DNA of 64,000 nt from NCBI GenBank assembly GCA_964606065.1, contig CAZSEX010000004.1, positions 8,311 through 72,310 on the forward strand. Reading direction: 5' to 3'. Shown piece by piece: positions 9,174-17,667 of this stretch. This DNA is from an uncultured bacterium. GTDB lineage: Bacteria; Hydrothermota; UBA3072. The notes under the pieces are model-generated. The model searched no databases, was not told the DNA's origin, and worked only from the letters and a program-made list of their open reading frames with translations. Made by a program: the position numbers and the translations under genes. Numbering within the stretch: position 1 is the stretch's first letter; each line of letters starts with the position of its first letter.

Positions 9174-9377
9174 AAGAAGAAATCGCGAGGAAACTCGAAT
9201 ATTTAAAAAAATATGTTAAGCATTTAGAAAGTTTTAAAGGCAAAGATATTAAATATCTCAGCGATAATCCTATTGAGTTGGCTGCCATCGAAAGATTTTT
9301 TCATCTTTCTTAAAAAGAATTTAGAAGATTTTGATACTTTCGCGAAACAGATAGCGAAATACCTTAACAATCTTTAG
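9170..9377 (+). pseudogene. HepT/DUF86 toxin with an internal deletion
   Basis: GTG 9170 gives VKEEIARKLEYLKKYVKHLESF...LAAIERFFHLS, then stop at 9311-9313. A different frame continues LKKNLEDFDTFAKQIAKYLNNL to a stop at 9377, a typical DUF86 C-terminus. The central R-x4-H segment is absent. Confidence 0.72.
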
Positions 9378-9396
9378 TTAAAACAACATACCTTTT

Positions 9397-9473
9397 CTAC
9401 TGTGTTCTCCGTGTGAGTAAAAAAAGCTGACAGCCTCAGCCGACGGCAAAAAGTCTTTGTGTTCTCTGTGGTT
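9397..9473. repeat. Two right-facing 9-mer-period repeat halves
   Basis: ctactgtgttctccgtgtgag (9397-9417) and gtctttgtgttctctgtggtt (9453-9473), same family as the cacagag/cacaaag units at 7707-7724 and 3553-4002. Confidence 0.65.
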
Positions 9474-9484
9474 CATCTTCTTTT

Positions 9485-12061
9485 TTACCTCAAAAATATC
9501 GCCTTTTTTGAACTTGTAAACCCATCAGACGCTTTTATTTGATAAAAATACGTTCCGCTCGGGATTCTTTTGCCTTGTGAATTAGTTCCGTCCCATTCTG
9601 TGCTTTTAAGCCCGGTGGATTGATATTCGTCTACCAATATCTTTATTTCTCTGCCCAGGAGGTCGTAAATTGTAAGTTTAACATTTCCCGCTTGTAATAC
9701 AGTATAATTGATTCTCGTTGTACGAGTGAATGGATTTGGCTGGTTCTGTAAGAAAAATTTATTTTCATCGAGTCCTGAACCGTCTTTTGGTATACGATAT
9801 ATTCTAACCGCGTTTCTTTCCAGTACATCCGTAAAAACCCCATCATTTCCCGGGATTTCTCTTGCTTCTCTATCCTGTGGTGCGTAAGCTACCTGAACAA
9901 AACCTCCTCCTTGTGGTATTCCCTCGTCAAAGATTAAAGAAACTTCTCCCGTTTCATAATCGATACTACCTGATACTCCTTCCCAGGAATAAAGCGGAAC
10001 CACATTTCCGATACTATCGTCGTATCCGTATTTTAAGTTTCCCTGCATATCCAGGGTTGTCGGATATCCTTTTTCTGTCCACCTGTCGTAAAGAGAATCG
10101 GGGTCTCCGGCTTCCACCGGATTAATTACAGCGCTTACTATAAAATTGCCGGGTTCTATACTTCCTTCCGGCACAGTAAAATTGAATTCAGTTTGTCCTT
10201 CCGAAGCATCAAGTAACAGGTAATTCCAGCGGTATTTTTCCAATTCATCATAAACGATAGAAGAATTTACATCTGTATTTAATTGAAAGTTTATTGTTTC
10301 CGGCTCATAGACTTCGCTCCATTCGCTTTCCGGCTCGGTGATGCGTACCGCAAAAACATAAACGTCCGATTCATCTTCGTGAACCATAATGTCGACCCTG
10401 TTACCGCGTTCTGTGGCATTGTGGGTGACGACTTGTGATGAGGTTTCGGATAGTATAACTGGAGTTAGGGTTGTAACCGCTTCTTTAAATTCTGCCATCG
10501 CGCTCATGTTGTCGGCAGGTGTTGGGGCGAAAAATTCAAAATAGCCGATGAATTTCATGCCGTGAATGACGGCTCCCCACATCTGGGTTCGTATATCGCC
10601 GGGTGTGGGACCCGCGTCCCAATCGGTTAGATAGCTCGTTCCCGACATGCGCTGGTAGGAAGTGACGTTTTGAGTTTCTATATAAGTGCCCAGAGGTATT
10701 AGCCCACCTGAATTCAAGGTGAAATTATCTAAGTTCTCAAGCCACAGATCTATCGCGCCGCGGTCAGAGTAATCTAAAGATACATGTTCTTTATATTCGA
10801 TAGGATAAGCGTCGTGTGTTATGAAATCACCCAGGAAGTGTTTTTTCCCTCCGAATGAACTGGCGCTTCGCATGTAATCATAACCATTATCTCCTTCGAG
10901 AGGATTGTAATAGGGAAAATAATCGAAGCCGTAATACTGCTGGCTTGTAGGATGTTCCGAATCTATTTGTTGTGTTTGGTAATTCCAGCCAGCCAGCACG
11001 TGCGCCGGAACACGGAGGTATCTTCCGCCCATATTTGGTTCGTCGTCCCAGTTCCACCCAAGAAGACCCGGTGAATCCTTTGCCTGTTCGACATAAACAA
11101 CCAGGTCATCAGGATTCGAATTACGAGTATAAGGTGATTCTAAAAATCCTTCCCACCTCGAAGGACCGACTGACATCATGCCGTACGCGTTTCCCTGGCT
11201 GATGTAATCGAGCCAGGTACTTGAAGTATGATTTTCGTACCAGCCTTCTGTATGAAGAGTGTTGCTAACGTGTTGCCATAGAGGAATAAGTGGGACATTT
11301 AACATGTAAGGCGCTATAGGAAAGAAAAGTTCTTCTCCGTTCAGGATAAAAGCGTTGTTTTCGTTGATTCCGACTTCTGGAGCTCCGCCGTACGGCTTGG
11401 AAAATTTTTCGCGGATGGTACGCACATTCGTTTCACCATCTATTAATTCTGCTGTTAGAACGTAATCTCCCGAAGGTAAATCGGCGTTTACGAGTAAGAA
11501 TTTTTGCTTATCTTTTTCGTTGATACCTGTAAGTTCCTCCGAATATCCCCCTCCGGTTCTTTCGATTCTTACTGTTACCTGAGAGGGATTATAACCTTCA
11601 GGAACAATAGCATAAATATACTGCGCTGTACGCACGTGAAATGGAGCGTGCAAAAGCTCGAATCCGGCAAGCGGTGCTTCACCAGTAACGGTTATGTTGA
11701 CAGAATCCGACGCAAGTAGCGCCCCTCTTGTCGGTGGACTTGTCGACATGTCGAACAGGGAAACAGTTAGATTTACCTTAAAATCTCCCGGGTTCATAAA
11801 ATAATGAATCGCGCATAAACCGGTTTCAAACGGGTTTCCATCTTCATCGGCATACAAAGAGTACCCGTCGTTGAAGTCCCATTCGCATTGAATGCTGTCT
11901 CCGTAGATACTTGAATAATAGACTGCATCAAAATATATTTTTTCACCTACTTCGACGGTATCATCTGGTAACACGGTTATGTTTGTTTGCGAATACGCTT
12001 TTTTGAAAAATCCCGTTATTACAAAAAACATTATTAGGAATAATTGAAATCTGTTGAACAT
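9485..12061 (-). CDS. Secreted PKD-domain protein with a putative clan GH-A-like TIM barrel and T9SS/FlgD-Ig C-terminal domain
   Basis: Signal peptide. PKD-like EWDFNDG...HYFMNPGDFKVNLTV. Barrel motifs GWNWDDEP, HDAYP and TYIETQ. C-terminal QNQPNPF...YDLLGREIKILV...WDGTN...SGTYFY. Confidence 0.65.
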   Translation of the reverse strand: MFNRFQLFLIMFFVITGFFKKAYSQTNITVLPDDTVEVGEKIYFDAVYYSSIYGDSIQCEWDFNDGYSLYADEDGNPFETGLCAIHYFMNPGDFKVNLTVSLFDMSTSPPTRGALLASDSVNITVTGEAPLAGFELLHAPFHVRTAQYIYAIVPEGYNPSQVTVRIERTGGGYSEELTGINEKDKQKFLLVNADLPSGDYVLTAELIDGETNVRTIREKFSKPYGGAPEVGINENNAFILNGEELFFPIAPYMLNVPLIPLWQHVSNTLHTEGWYENHTSSTWLDYISQGNAYGMMSVGPSRWEGFLESPYTRNSNPDDLVVYVEQAKDSPGLLGWNWDDEPNMGGRYLRVPAHVLAGWNYQTQQIDSEHPTSQQYYGFDYFPYYNPLEGDNGYDYMRSASSFGGKKHFLGDFITHDAYPIEYKEHVSLDYSDRGAIDLWLENLDNFTLNSGGLIPLGTYIETQNVTSYQRMSGTSYLTDWDAGPTPGDIRTQMWGAVIHGMKFIGYFEFFAPTPADNMSAMAEFKEAVTTLTPVILSETSSQVVTHNATERGNRVDIMVHEDESDVYVFAVRITEPESEWSEVYEPETINFQLNTDVNSSIVYDELEKYRWNYLLLDASEGQTEFNFTVPEGSIEPGNFIVSAVINPVEAGDPDSLYDRWTEKGYPTTLDMQGNLKYGYDDSIGNVVPLYSWEGVSGSIDYETGEVSLIFDEGIPQGGGFVQVAYAPQDREAREIPGNDGVFTDVLERNAVRIYRIPKDGSGLDENKFFLQNQPNPFTRTTRINYTVLQAGNVKLTIYDLLGREIKILVDEYQSTGLKSTEWDGTNSQGKRIPSGTYFYQIKASDGFTSSKKAIFLR

Positions 12062-12147
12062 ATCTTATCTCCTTATTTAATTATCCCATCACTTTTGGAA
12101 TACCATATCCCCGGAGCCGAAAGCAATGTTATCCTATAGCCTATAAT

Positions 12148-12176
12148 ATAATAAGGAATAAGATTGGTTATGTCAA
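12148..12176 (-). promoter_or_regulatory. Sigma70-type promoter of the PKD protein gene
   Basis: TTGACA (12176-12171), N17, TATTAT (12153-12148). Confidence 0.6.
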
Positions 12177-12220
12177 GATGAAAAAAGGTCTTAGGTATCT
12201 GTTTTTAGGTGTAAGTAAAA

Positions 12221-12549
12221 AACTACAATCACTACATGTTCTACATGTGAGGGTCTAGTCATTAGTCGGTTGTCACTGGTCACTTGTCAAAAAAAGTAAA
12301 AAATTAGTGTAATTCGTGTGATTCGTTGTTCCTCGTTTTTTTGGTGGGATGATGGGATAAAATCCTGTAAATCTGCGCCCGATTATAAATCCTTTGGATT
12401 AGTTAAATGGTCAAATCGTTGAATGGCTGATTAGCAAAAACAAACAACTATAATTACTACATGTTCTACATGTGAATATTTGGGTTGGGAAAGGTTTTAA
12501 ATGACATAATATCTTTTTTCTTTGTGGTCTTTGAGAGCTCTGTGGTTAA
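12221..12549. repeat. Repeat cluster: 30-bp direct repeat pair plus right-facing halves of several families
   Basis: aactacaatcactacatgttctacatgtga (12221-12250) vs 12446-12475 (28/30). 12256-12288 is inverted to 3948-3979. 12312-12333 is inverted to 3893-3914 (20/22). ctttgtgg...ctctgtggttaa at 12520-12549. Confidence 0.75.
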
Positions 12550-12632
12550 TATTACGCGTTAGCGGTTTAACCGCGTTGTTGTTCAATAATGACCTTGACT
12601 TTTATCGCCTTTTCAGTATAAATGAAAATACT

Positions 12633-13898
12633 ATGAAAGTACTGGTTATAGGCGGAGGCGGAAGAGAACATACGATTGGGTGGATGCTTTCAAAAAGCCC
12701 TAAAGTATCGGGTCTCTATTTCGCGCCCGGTAACGGAGGAACTTCAGTTTTAGGTAAAAATATTAATTATTCCCGGCTTAAGGATATTCTCGATTTTGCA
12801 AAAAAAGAAAAAATAGATTTTACTGTCGTGGGACCCGAACAGCCATTAGTCGATGGCTTGGTGGATTTATTCGAAGCTGAAGGCTTAAAAATTTTCGGAC
12901 CAACAAAAGAAGCCGCGAGGCTCGAAGGGAGCAAGGCTTTTTCAAAAGAGATTATGGCGTCCGCGAATGTTCCCACCGCTTCATTCGAGGTTTTCAACGA
13001 TTTTAATGCCGCGAAAAGATATATAGAGAAAATAGGAGAATGCTCGGTTGTTAAGGCGAGCGGTCTTGCCGCGGGCAAGGGCGTTATTGTGTGTAATTGT
13101 AAAAGAAAAGCGATGGAAGCGCTCGAATCTATAATGGAAAAAAGAAGGTTCGGAGAAGCGGGTGATACCGTAGTGGTGGAGGAACTTTTAGTCGGAGAAG
13201 AAGTCTCTGTCTTAGCTATTATTTCAGGAGATAAAATTCTTCCGTTTCTTCCTTCTCAGGATCATAAGAGGGCGTATGATAACGATGAAGGTCCGAATAC
13301 CGGAGGTATGGGAGCTTACGCTCCAACACCTTTTTTGAAGGAACGTGATATGCCGGAGATCAGAGAAAAAGTATTCGAACCTGTTGTAGAACAGTTAAAG
13401 AAAAAGGGAATCGAATATAAAGGTGTTCTTTACGGCGGTTTGATAATTACAAAAGAAGGTCCAAAAGTTCTCGAGTTCAACGTCAGATTCGGTGACCCCG
13501 AAACACAGGTTATTCTTCCTTTGCTGGAAGATGATTTGCTGGAAGTTCTATTAAAAGCAAACGACTATGATTTGCCGGATGAGTTAAATTGCAGCAGTGA
13601 TTCTGCTCTGGCGGTTGTTATGGCTTCGAAGAGTTATCCCGGGAGTTACGAAAAAGGCTTCGAGATAAATATACCGGAATTGGAGTGTTCCGTTTTTCAC
13701 GCGGGGACTAAAACGGAAGAAGGGCATTTTTATACGAGCGGAGGAAGAGTTTTAGCCTGCGTTGGAGTTTCGAATGATTTAATTAGCGCGAAAGAAAAAA
13801 CTTATCGTTGTATCGAAAAAATTGAATGTTCGAATCTGTTTTACAGAAAAGATATAGGAGATAAAGGTATCAAATACCTGAAGCGGCAGAGCCGCTAA
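12633..13898 (+). CDS. purD: Phosphoribosylamine--glycine ligase
   Basis: MKVLVIGGGGREH, APGNGG, VVGPEQPL, KASGLAAGKGV, QDHKRAYDNDEGPNTGGMGAY, EFNVRFGDPETQ. The ORF-track extension from 12522 is repeat-derived. Confidence 0.97.
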   Translation: MKVLVIGGGGREHTIGWMLSKSPKVSGLYFAPGNGGTSVLGKNINYSRLKDILDFAKKEKIDFTVVGPEQPLVDGLVDLFEAEGLKIFGPTKEAARLEGSKAFSKEIMASANVPTASFEVFNDFNAAKRYIEKIGECSVVKASGLAAGKGVIVCNCKRKAMEALESIMEKRRFGEAGDTVVVEELLVGEEVSVLAIISGDKILPFLPSQDHKRAYDNDEGPNTGGMGAYAPTPFLKERDMPEIREKVFEPVVEQLKKKGIEYKGVLYGGLIITKEGPKVLEFNVRFGDPETQVILPLLEDDLLEVLLKANDYDLPDELNCSSDSALAVVMASKSYPGSYEKGFEINIPELECSVFHAGTKTEEGHFYTSGGRVLACVGVSNDLISAKEKTYRCIEKIECSNLFYRKDIGDKGIKYLKRQSR

Positions 13899-13984
13899 GA
13901 ATGCAAAAGTCAAGCGCTAAAAATAAGTTTAAAAAGAATGACGCAGAGAACCTGCTGCCCCGTCAATTGCTTACAACATTCAAA

Positions 13985-14159
13985 ATCCAGACGGAAGCGA
14001 AGGCTAACCATTCATCAGGAACACGGTCAATTTCCCCACCGAGGAAATTGCCGCTCGCTCTCAGCCTCACTCCTCTTGAAATAAAAATATTTCAAGAGAC
14101 CCTGGTCGCTCGGCTTCCGAGACGTCCTTCTGAACGATTAGCCTTCACTCCATTTGTGG
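13985..14159 (-). ncRNA. Candidate structured ncRNA (~175 nt; 6S-like possibility)
   Basis: Long closing helix GGAGUGAAGGCUAAUC/GGUUAGCCUUCGCUUC enclosing three hairpins: CUCGG-AAG-CCGAG, CUCUUGAAAUA-UUUU-UAUUUCAAGAG and CAAUUUCCUC-GGU-GGGGAAAUUG. Plus-strand C-A mismatches become G-U pairs on the minus strand. Confidence 0.5.
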
Positions 14160-14246
14160 GGGTTATATTTTTTTCAAAGGGCTTTAATGAGAAATTCTTG
14201 TTTATCTTTGTAAATCAGTGGCAATTATTTGAGGTGAGGTGGAGAG

Positions 14247-15545
14247 GTGGCTAATTTATTCGAAAGAGGAAAAGGGAATCCTCCTTTATCGTATCGCGTT
14301 AGACCTAAAACATTAGATGATTTTATAGGGCAGAAAGAAGTGGTGGGTGAGGGTTCTGTTCTGCGGAATTTTATAGAAACCGGGAATCTTCCTTCTTTGA
14401 TTTTCTGGGGTCCTCCGGGTTGTGGAAAAACCACTTTAGCCTATATAATTTCCAATAATATAAATGCGAATTTTGAGCGTCTTAGTGCCACTGAAAGCGG
14501 CGTAAAAGATGTTAGAGAAGTTATACAAAAAGCAAAATATCTTCTACAGGATAAAGATAAAAAGACCATATTATTTATAGACGAAATACACCGGTTCAAC
14601 AAAGCCCAGCAGGATGTGTTGCTTCCCTGGGTTGAGGACGGAACAATTATTTTAATCGGCGCGACCACTGAAAATCCTTCATTCGAAGTCATTTCCCCTT
14701 TACTTTCCAGGGTGAGAACTTATATCTTAAAACTTTTTTCTCCGGAAGACATTAAAAAGATTATCGATAGAGCTTCTAAAATCGACGAAGAAATTAAGAA
14801 AGTTAAGGTTAAAATAGATAATGAGGCTATAAATTATTTGACAAAAATTTCTTCAGGAGACGCGCGGGTTGCACTGGATGTTTTTGAAGCGAGTGTTAAA
14901 ATATCTTCCAAAGAAAAGCGTAAAGTCGATAAAAAGATTATCGCCGATGTTCTTCAGAGGCAGGTTATTTATGATAAATCGGGCGAAGAGCATTATAATC
15001 TCATATCCGCTTTTATAAAATCTGTTAGGGGGAGTGATCCCGATGCCGCACTTTACTGGATGGTACGGATGTTGAAGGGTGGAGAAGACCCTCTGTTTAT
15101 CGTCAGAAGAATGGTTGTTCTCGCGTCGGAAGATATAGGTAATGCCGATCCACGCGCGTTAGAGTTGGCGGCGGCTGCAATGGAAGCCGTTAAATTTGTA
15201 GGAATGCCCGAAGCGGGAATAATTCTTTCGCAAGCCGTAACCTATCTCGCTTCTGCTCCTAAAAGCAATGCTTCTTACATGGCTTATAATAAAGCAAAAA
15301 AGTTTTTAAAAGAGTATCCGAATGAGGGTGTACCCTTGCATCTTAGAAATGCCCCCACAGAGCTCATGAAAGAAGCCGGATATTCTGAAGGGTATAAGTA
15401 CCCTCATGATTATCCGGGGCATTATGTTGAGGAATCCTATTTTCCCGATGGAGTTAAGAAAAAGATTTTTTACGAACCCACCGAGCAGGGGTGGGAGAAG
15501 AAGATAAAAGAAAGACTGAAGAAGCTCCGTAAAGAGGGTTTTTAA
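14247..15545 (+). CDS. rarA: Replication-associated recombination protein A (AAA+ ATPase)
   Basis: PLSYRVRPKTLDDFIGQ, GPPGCGKTT, FIDEIHRFNKAQQD, GATTENPSFEV, KSVRGSDPDAALYW, ASEDIGNADP, VPLHLRNAP. Confidence 0.95.
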   Translation: MANLFERGKGNPPLSYRVRPKTLDDFIGQKEVVGEGSVLRNFIETGNLPSLIFWGPPGCGKTTLAYIISNNINANFERLSATESGVKDVREVIQKAKYLLQDKDKKTILFIDEIHRFNKAQQDVLLPWVEDGTIILIGATTENPSFEVISPLLSRVRTYILKLFSPEDIKKIIDRASKIDEEIKKVKVKIDNEAINYLTKISSGDARVALDVFEASVKISSKEKRKVDKKIIADVLQRQVIYDKSGEEHYNLISAFIKSVRGSDPDAALYWMVRMLKGGEDPLFIVRRMVVLASEDIGNADPRALELAAAAMEAVKFVGMPEAGIILSQAVTYLASAPKSNASYMAYNKAKKFLKEYPNEGVPLHLRNAPTELMKEAGYSEGYKYPHDYPGHYVEESYFPDGVKKKIFYEPTEQGWEKKIKERLKKLRKEGF

Positions 15546-15700
15546 CCACAAAGCACGCAAAGATCACAAAGATTTTATTTTTTTTAAAAAGAATTATCTT
15601 AATCCTGTTTAAATTTTTTGGGTGGTTAAGGTGGGGTGAAAAGAAATAATTAAAAGTGGGGTATGGGTGTGGCTTTGAGTACTTTGTGGTCTTTGTGTTT
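15544..15700. repeat. Empty inverted-repeat element between convergent genes
   Basis: aaccacaaagcacgcaaagatcacaaag (15544-15571) faces ctttgagtactttgtggtctttgtgttt (15673-15700) around a ~100 bp AT-rich core. Confidence 0.7.
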
Positions 15701-15709
15701 AATTCTTTC

Positions 15710-16753
15710 CTATTTGAGTTTTTCTAATTCTCCCTTCAGTTCTTCCACTTCCCGGGAAAGTTGAAGTATCCTTTCGGATAAAAATTTTTTTAATTGTTCT
15801 TTACTTTCTATGAATTTTTTTTGTGTAATTTTCTCGATTTTAAAATCAGAAGGACTTTCAGGTTTGTTGTTTTCTAATTCTCCTAATTTTACAGGAATCT
15901 CCATTTTGTTTTTGTCTCTTATGATTCTGAGAGTAACAGTATTACCGGGTTCTTCGATCAGAATCATTTCCTTGAGTCTTTCCAGGTGGGGAATATTGTT
16001 ACCGTTTAATGCGATTATAATATCTCCTTTTTTTATCCCGGCGGTTTCGGCAGGAGAGCCTTTTATGACTTCTTTTACTATTACCCCCAAGTTCAATGGC
16101 GCGTTATTTTCGATTATAACCCCCAGCCAGGCTCTTTTTACGGAGCCGACTTTTTTTATCTGTTCCACAGTGTTTAAGATGTAGTTGATTTTAATTACTT
16201 CGGCGAAGTTGGTATTGTCTTTAAAGGGATTTTGAGGGGATACACAACGATTAACGCAGCCTCCTACGATTCCCAGAAGCTTTCCTTCGGAATCAAAAAC
16301 CCCCGCTCCGTTATTACCAGGAGATAGTGGAATGGAAAGATTGAAAGATATTCCTTCGGGACTTTGAAGGAATCCAATTCCTGTAAGCCCAATTGAACCA
16401 TAAGAGTTACCGTAAATATAACAAATTTGTCCGTGTTTTATTTCCTTTTTAATCGGGGGGACCTCGAATTTTTTGTTTACTTTGATTAAATGGATTCCCG
16501 TGGATGGATCTCGACCGATAACTTCTCCTGTTGTAATTTTCTCGAATTGATCTTCTACTTGTACTTCCTGACCGATTTCGATAAATCCCACTGTTACAAT
16601 ATGGCTATTTTCTACGACTGTACCGGTCATTATTAGATTTTTTTCGCTTGTACGTAAAGAAACAACATAAGGAGAAATTTCCCTATCAAGAGTCAATACT
16701 TCCTGTTCTATTTTTGAAAGGTAAGTCGCGAGTAGAATCAGTATAAAACTCAT
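15710..16753 (-). CDS. HtrA/DegP-like trypsin-fold + PDZ protein lacking the catalytic triad, with a C-terminal coiled coil
   Basis: HtrA-like spacing, but TNxH becomes TVGF, DLALLK becomes GIHLIK and GNSGG becomes GNNGA. PDZ: RAWLGV...VIKGSPAETAGIKKGDII. Confidence 0.75.
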   Translation of the reverse strand: MSFILILLATYLSKIEQEVLTLDREISPYVVSLRTSEKNLIMTGTVVENSHIVTVGFIEIGQEVQVEDQFEKITTGEVIGRDPSTGIHLIKVNKKFEVPPIKKEIKHGQICYIYGNSYGSIGLTGIGFLQSPEGISFNLSIPLSPGNNGAGVFDSEGKLLGIVGGCVNRCVSPQNPFKDNTNFAEVIKINYILNTVEQIKKVGSVKRAWLGVIIENNAPLNLGVIVKEVIKGSPAETAGIKKGDIIIALNGNNIPHLERLKEMILIEEPGNTVTLRIIRDKNKMEIPVKLGELENNKPESPSDFKIEKITQKKFIESKEQLKKFLSERILQLSREVEELKGELEKLK

Positions 16754-16778
16754 GATTAATAATGCCTCAGATTTTTAC

Positions 16779-17210
16779 TTAGAAGCTCCCTCCCGAGTAA
16801 TTTGTTAAAACAAAATTGCCGTCTCTTTCGTAATAAACTTCAGAGTATGGGTTTTTTTCATCCTTTAAAATGTAATATTTTTTTGGGTTTTCCTGTGTTA
16901 CATTTTCTCCAGTTCTGAAGAAAGGTATAATAAGCACTCCCATTATTATAAACAGAGAAGCGCCAACAGCGAGTTTTCGCAGTCGATAGATATTTCTCCT
17001 CGGAAATAGAATAAGGCGTTTGAGCACTTTTTCGGAAGGTTTTGGAATTTCTATACTTCTGATGCTTAAACTGATGTTCTGATAGCTGTTAAGAATATCC
17101 CTGCACTTTTTACATTGTTCAATGTGTTCCTCAACCTTAAGAATATCGGTTCTTTCTAATTCCGCGTCTATATACGCTGATAATAATTCTTTAAAGGATT
17201 CACAATTCAT
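16779..17210 (-). CDS. Zinc-binding anti-sigma factor (zf-HC2) with one TM helix
   Basis: CxxxxxLLSAYIDAEL...HIEQCKKC motif and a single hydrophobic segment LAVGASLFIIMGVLIIPFF. Coupled to the ECF sigma gene. Confidence 0.85.
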   Translation of the reverse strand: MNCESFKELLSAYIDAELERTDILKVEEHIEQCKKCRDILNSYQNISLSIRSIEIPKPSEKVLKRLILFPRRNIYRLRKLAVGASLFIIMGVLIIPFFRTGENVTQENPKKYYILKDEKNPYSEVYYERDGNFVLTNYSGGSF

Positions 17211-17662
17211 TTGTTATACTCCAAAAAATTTTTTAATTCTTCTCTGGCTCTGCTAAGCCTTGATTTAACAGTGCCTTTTTCAATTCCAAGAACATCCGCT
17301 ATTTCTCGATATTCCATTTTATTTATTTCTCTTAAAATTAATACCTCCTTTAATTTTGGCGATAGATTTTTTATTCCTTTTTCTATGTCAAGCTTTAATT
17401 CAATATCTCTCTCTTTTGTTTTTAATTTTAAAAAATCCAGATTCAATTTACTTTTTCTTTTTCTCCAATGATCGTATACCGTATTTCTTGCTATTGTTAA
17501 AAGGTAACTCTTCCAGTTCCTGATGTCTTTGTTAGATGCTTTCATTACTTTTATAAAGGTATCCTGTAATAAATCTTCAGCCTCTGCTCTATTTTGCACC
17601 ATTCCATAAATATATTTAAAAACATAATCGTTGTATTCTCGAAAAATTTTTTCAATATTCAT
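17207..17662 (-). CDS. ECF RNA polymerase sigma factor
   Basis: AEDLLQDTF, YLLTIARN (region 2), and Y.EIA..LG...GTVKSRLSRAR (region 4). Confidence 0.92.
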   Translation of the reverse strand: MNIEKIFREYNDYVFKYIYGMVQNRAEAEDLLQDTFIKVMKASNKDIRNWKSYLLTIARNTVYDHWRKRKSKLNLDFLKLKTKERDIELKLDIEKGIKNLSPKLKEVLILREINKMEYREIADVLGIEKGTVKSRLSRAREELKNFLEYNK

Positions 17663-17667
17663 AACTA

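Noticed and set aside
12221-12475. Possible CRISPR array
   Set aside because: Only two repeat copies, a 195-bp interval, and no cas genes.
12522-12632. N-terminal extension of purD in the ORF track
   Set aside because: It runs through a repeat half and the TTGACT promoter. The conserved PurD start is ATG 12633.
13979-13990. tRNA-Sec-like anticodon word TTCAAAATCCAG
   Set aside because: No anticodon stem, T-loop or cloverleaf can be formed.
13995-14110. TPP-riboswitch-like words (GGCUGAGA...ACCGUGUUCCUGAU) and hammerhead-like CUGAUGA on the minus strand
   Set aside because: The TPP P4 3' strand (CG-AGGGA) is missing and there is no downstream gene on that strand. The hammerhead GAAA core is absent.
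13901-14254. 117-aa plus-strand ORF between purD and rarA
   Set aside because: No recognisable motif; it coincides with the highly base-paired RNA candidate.
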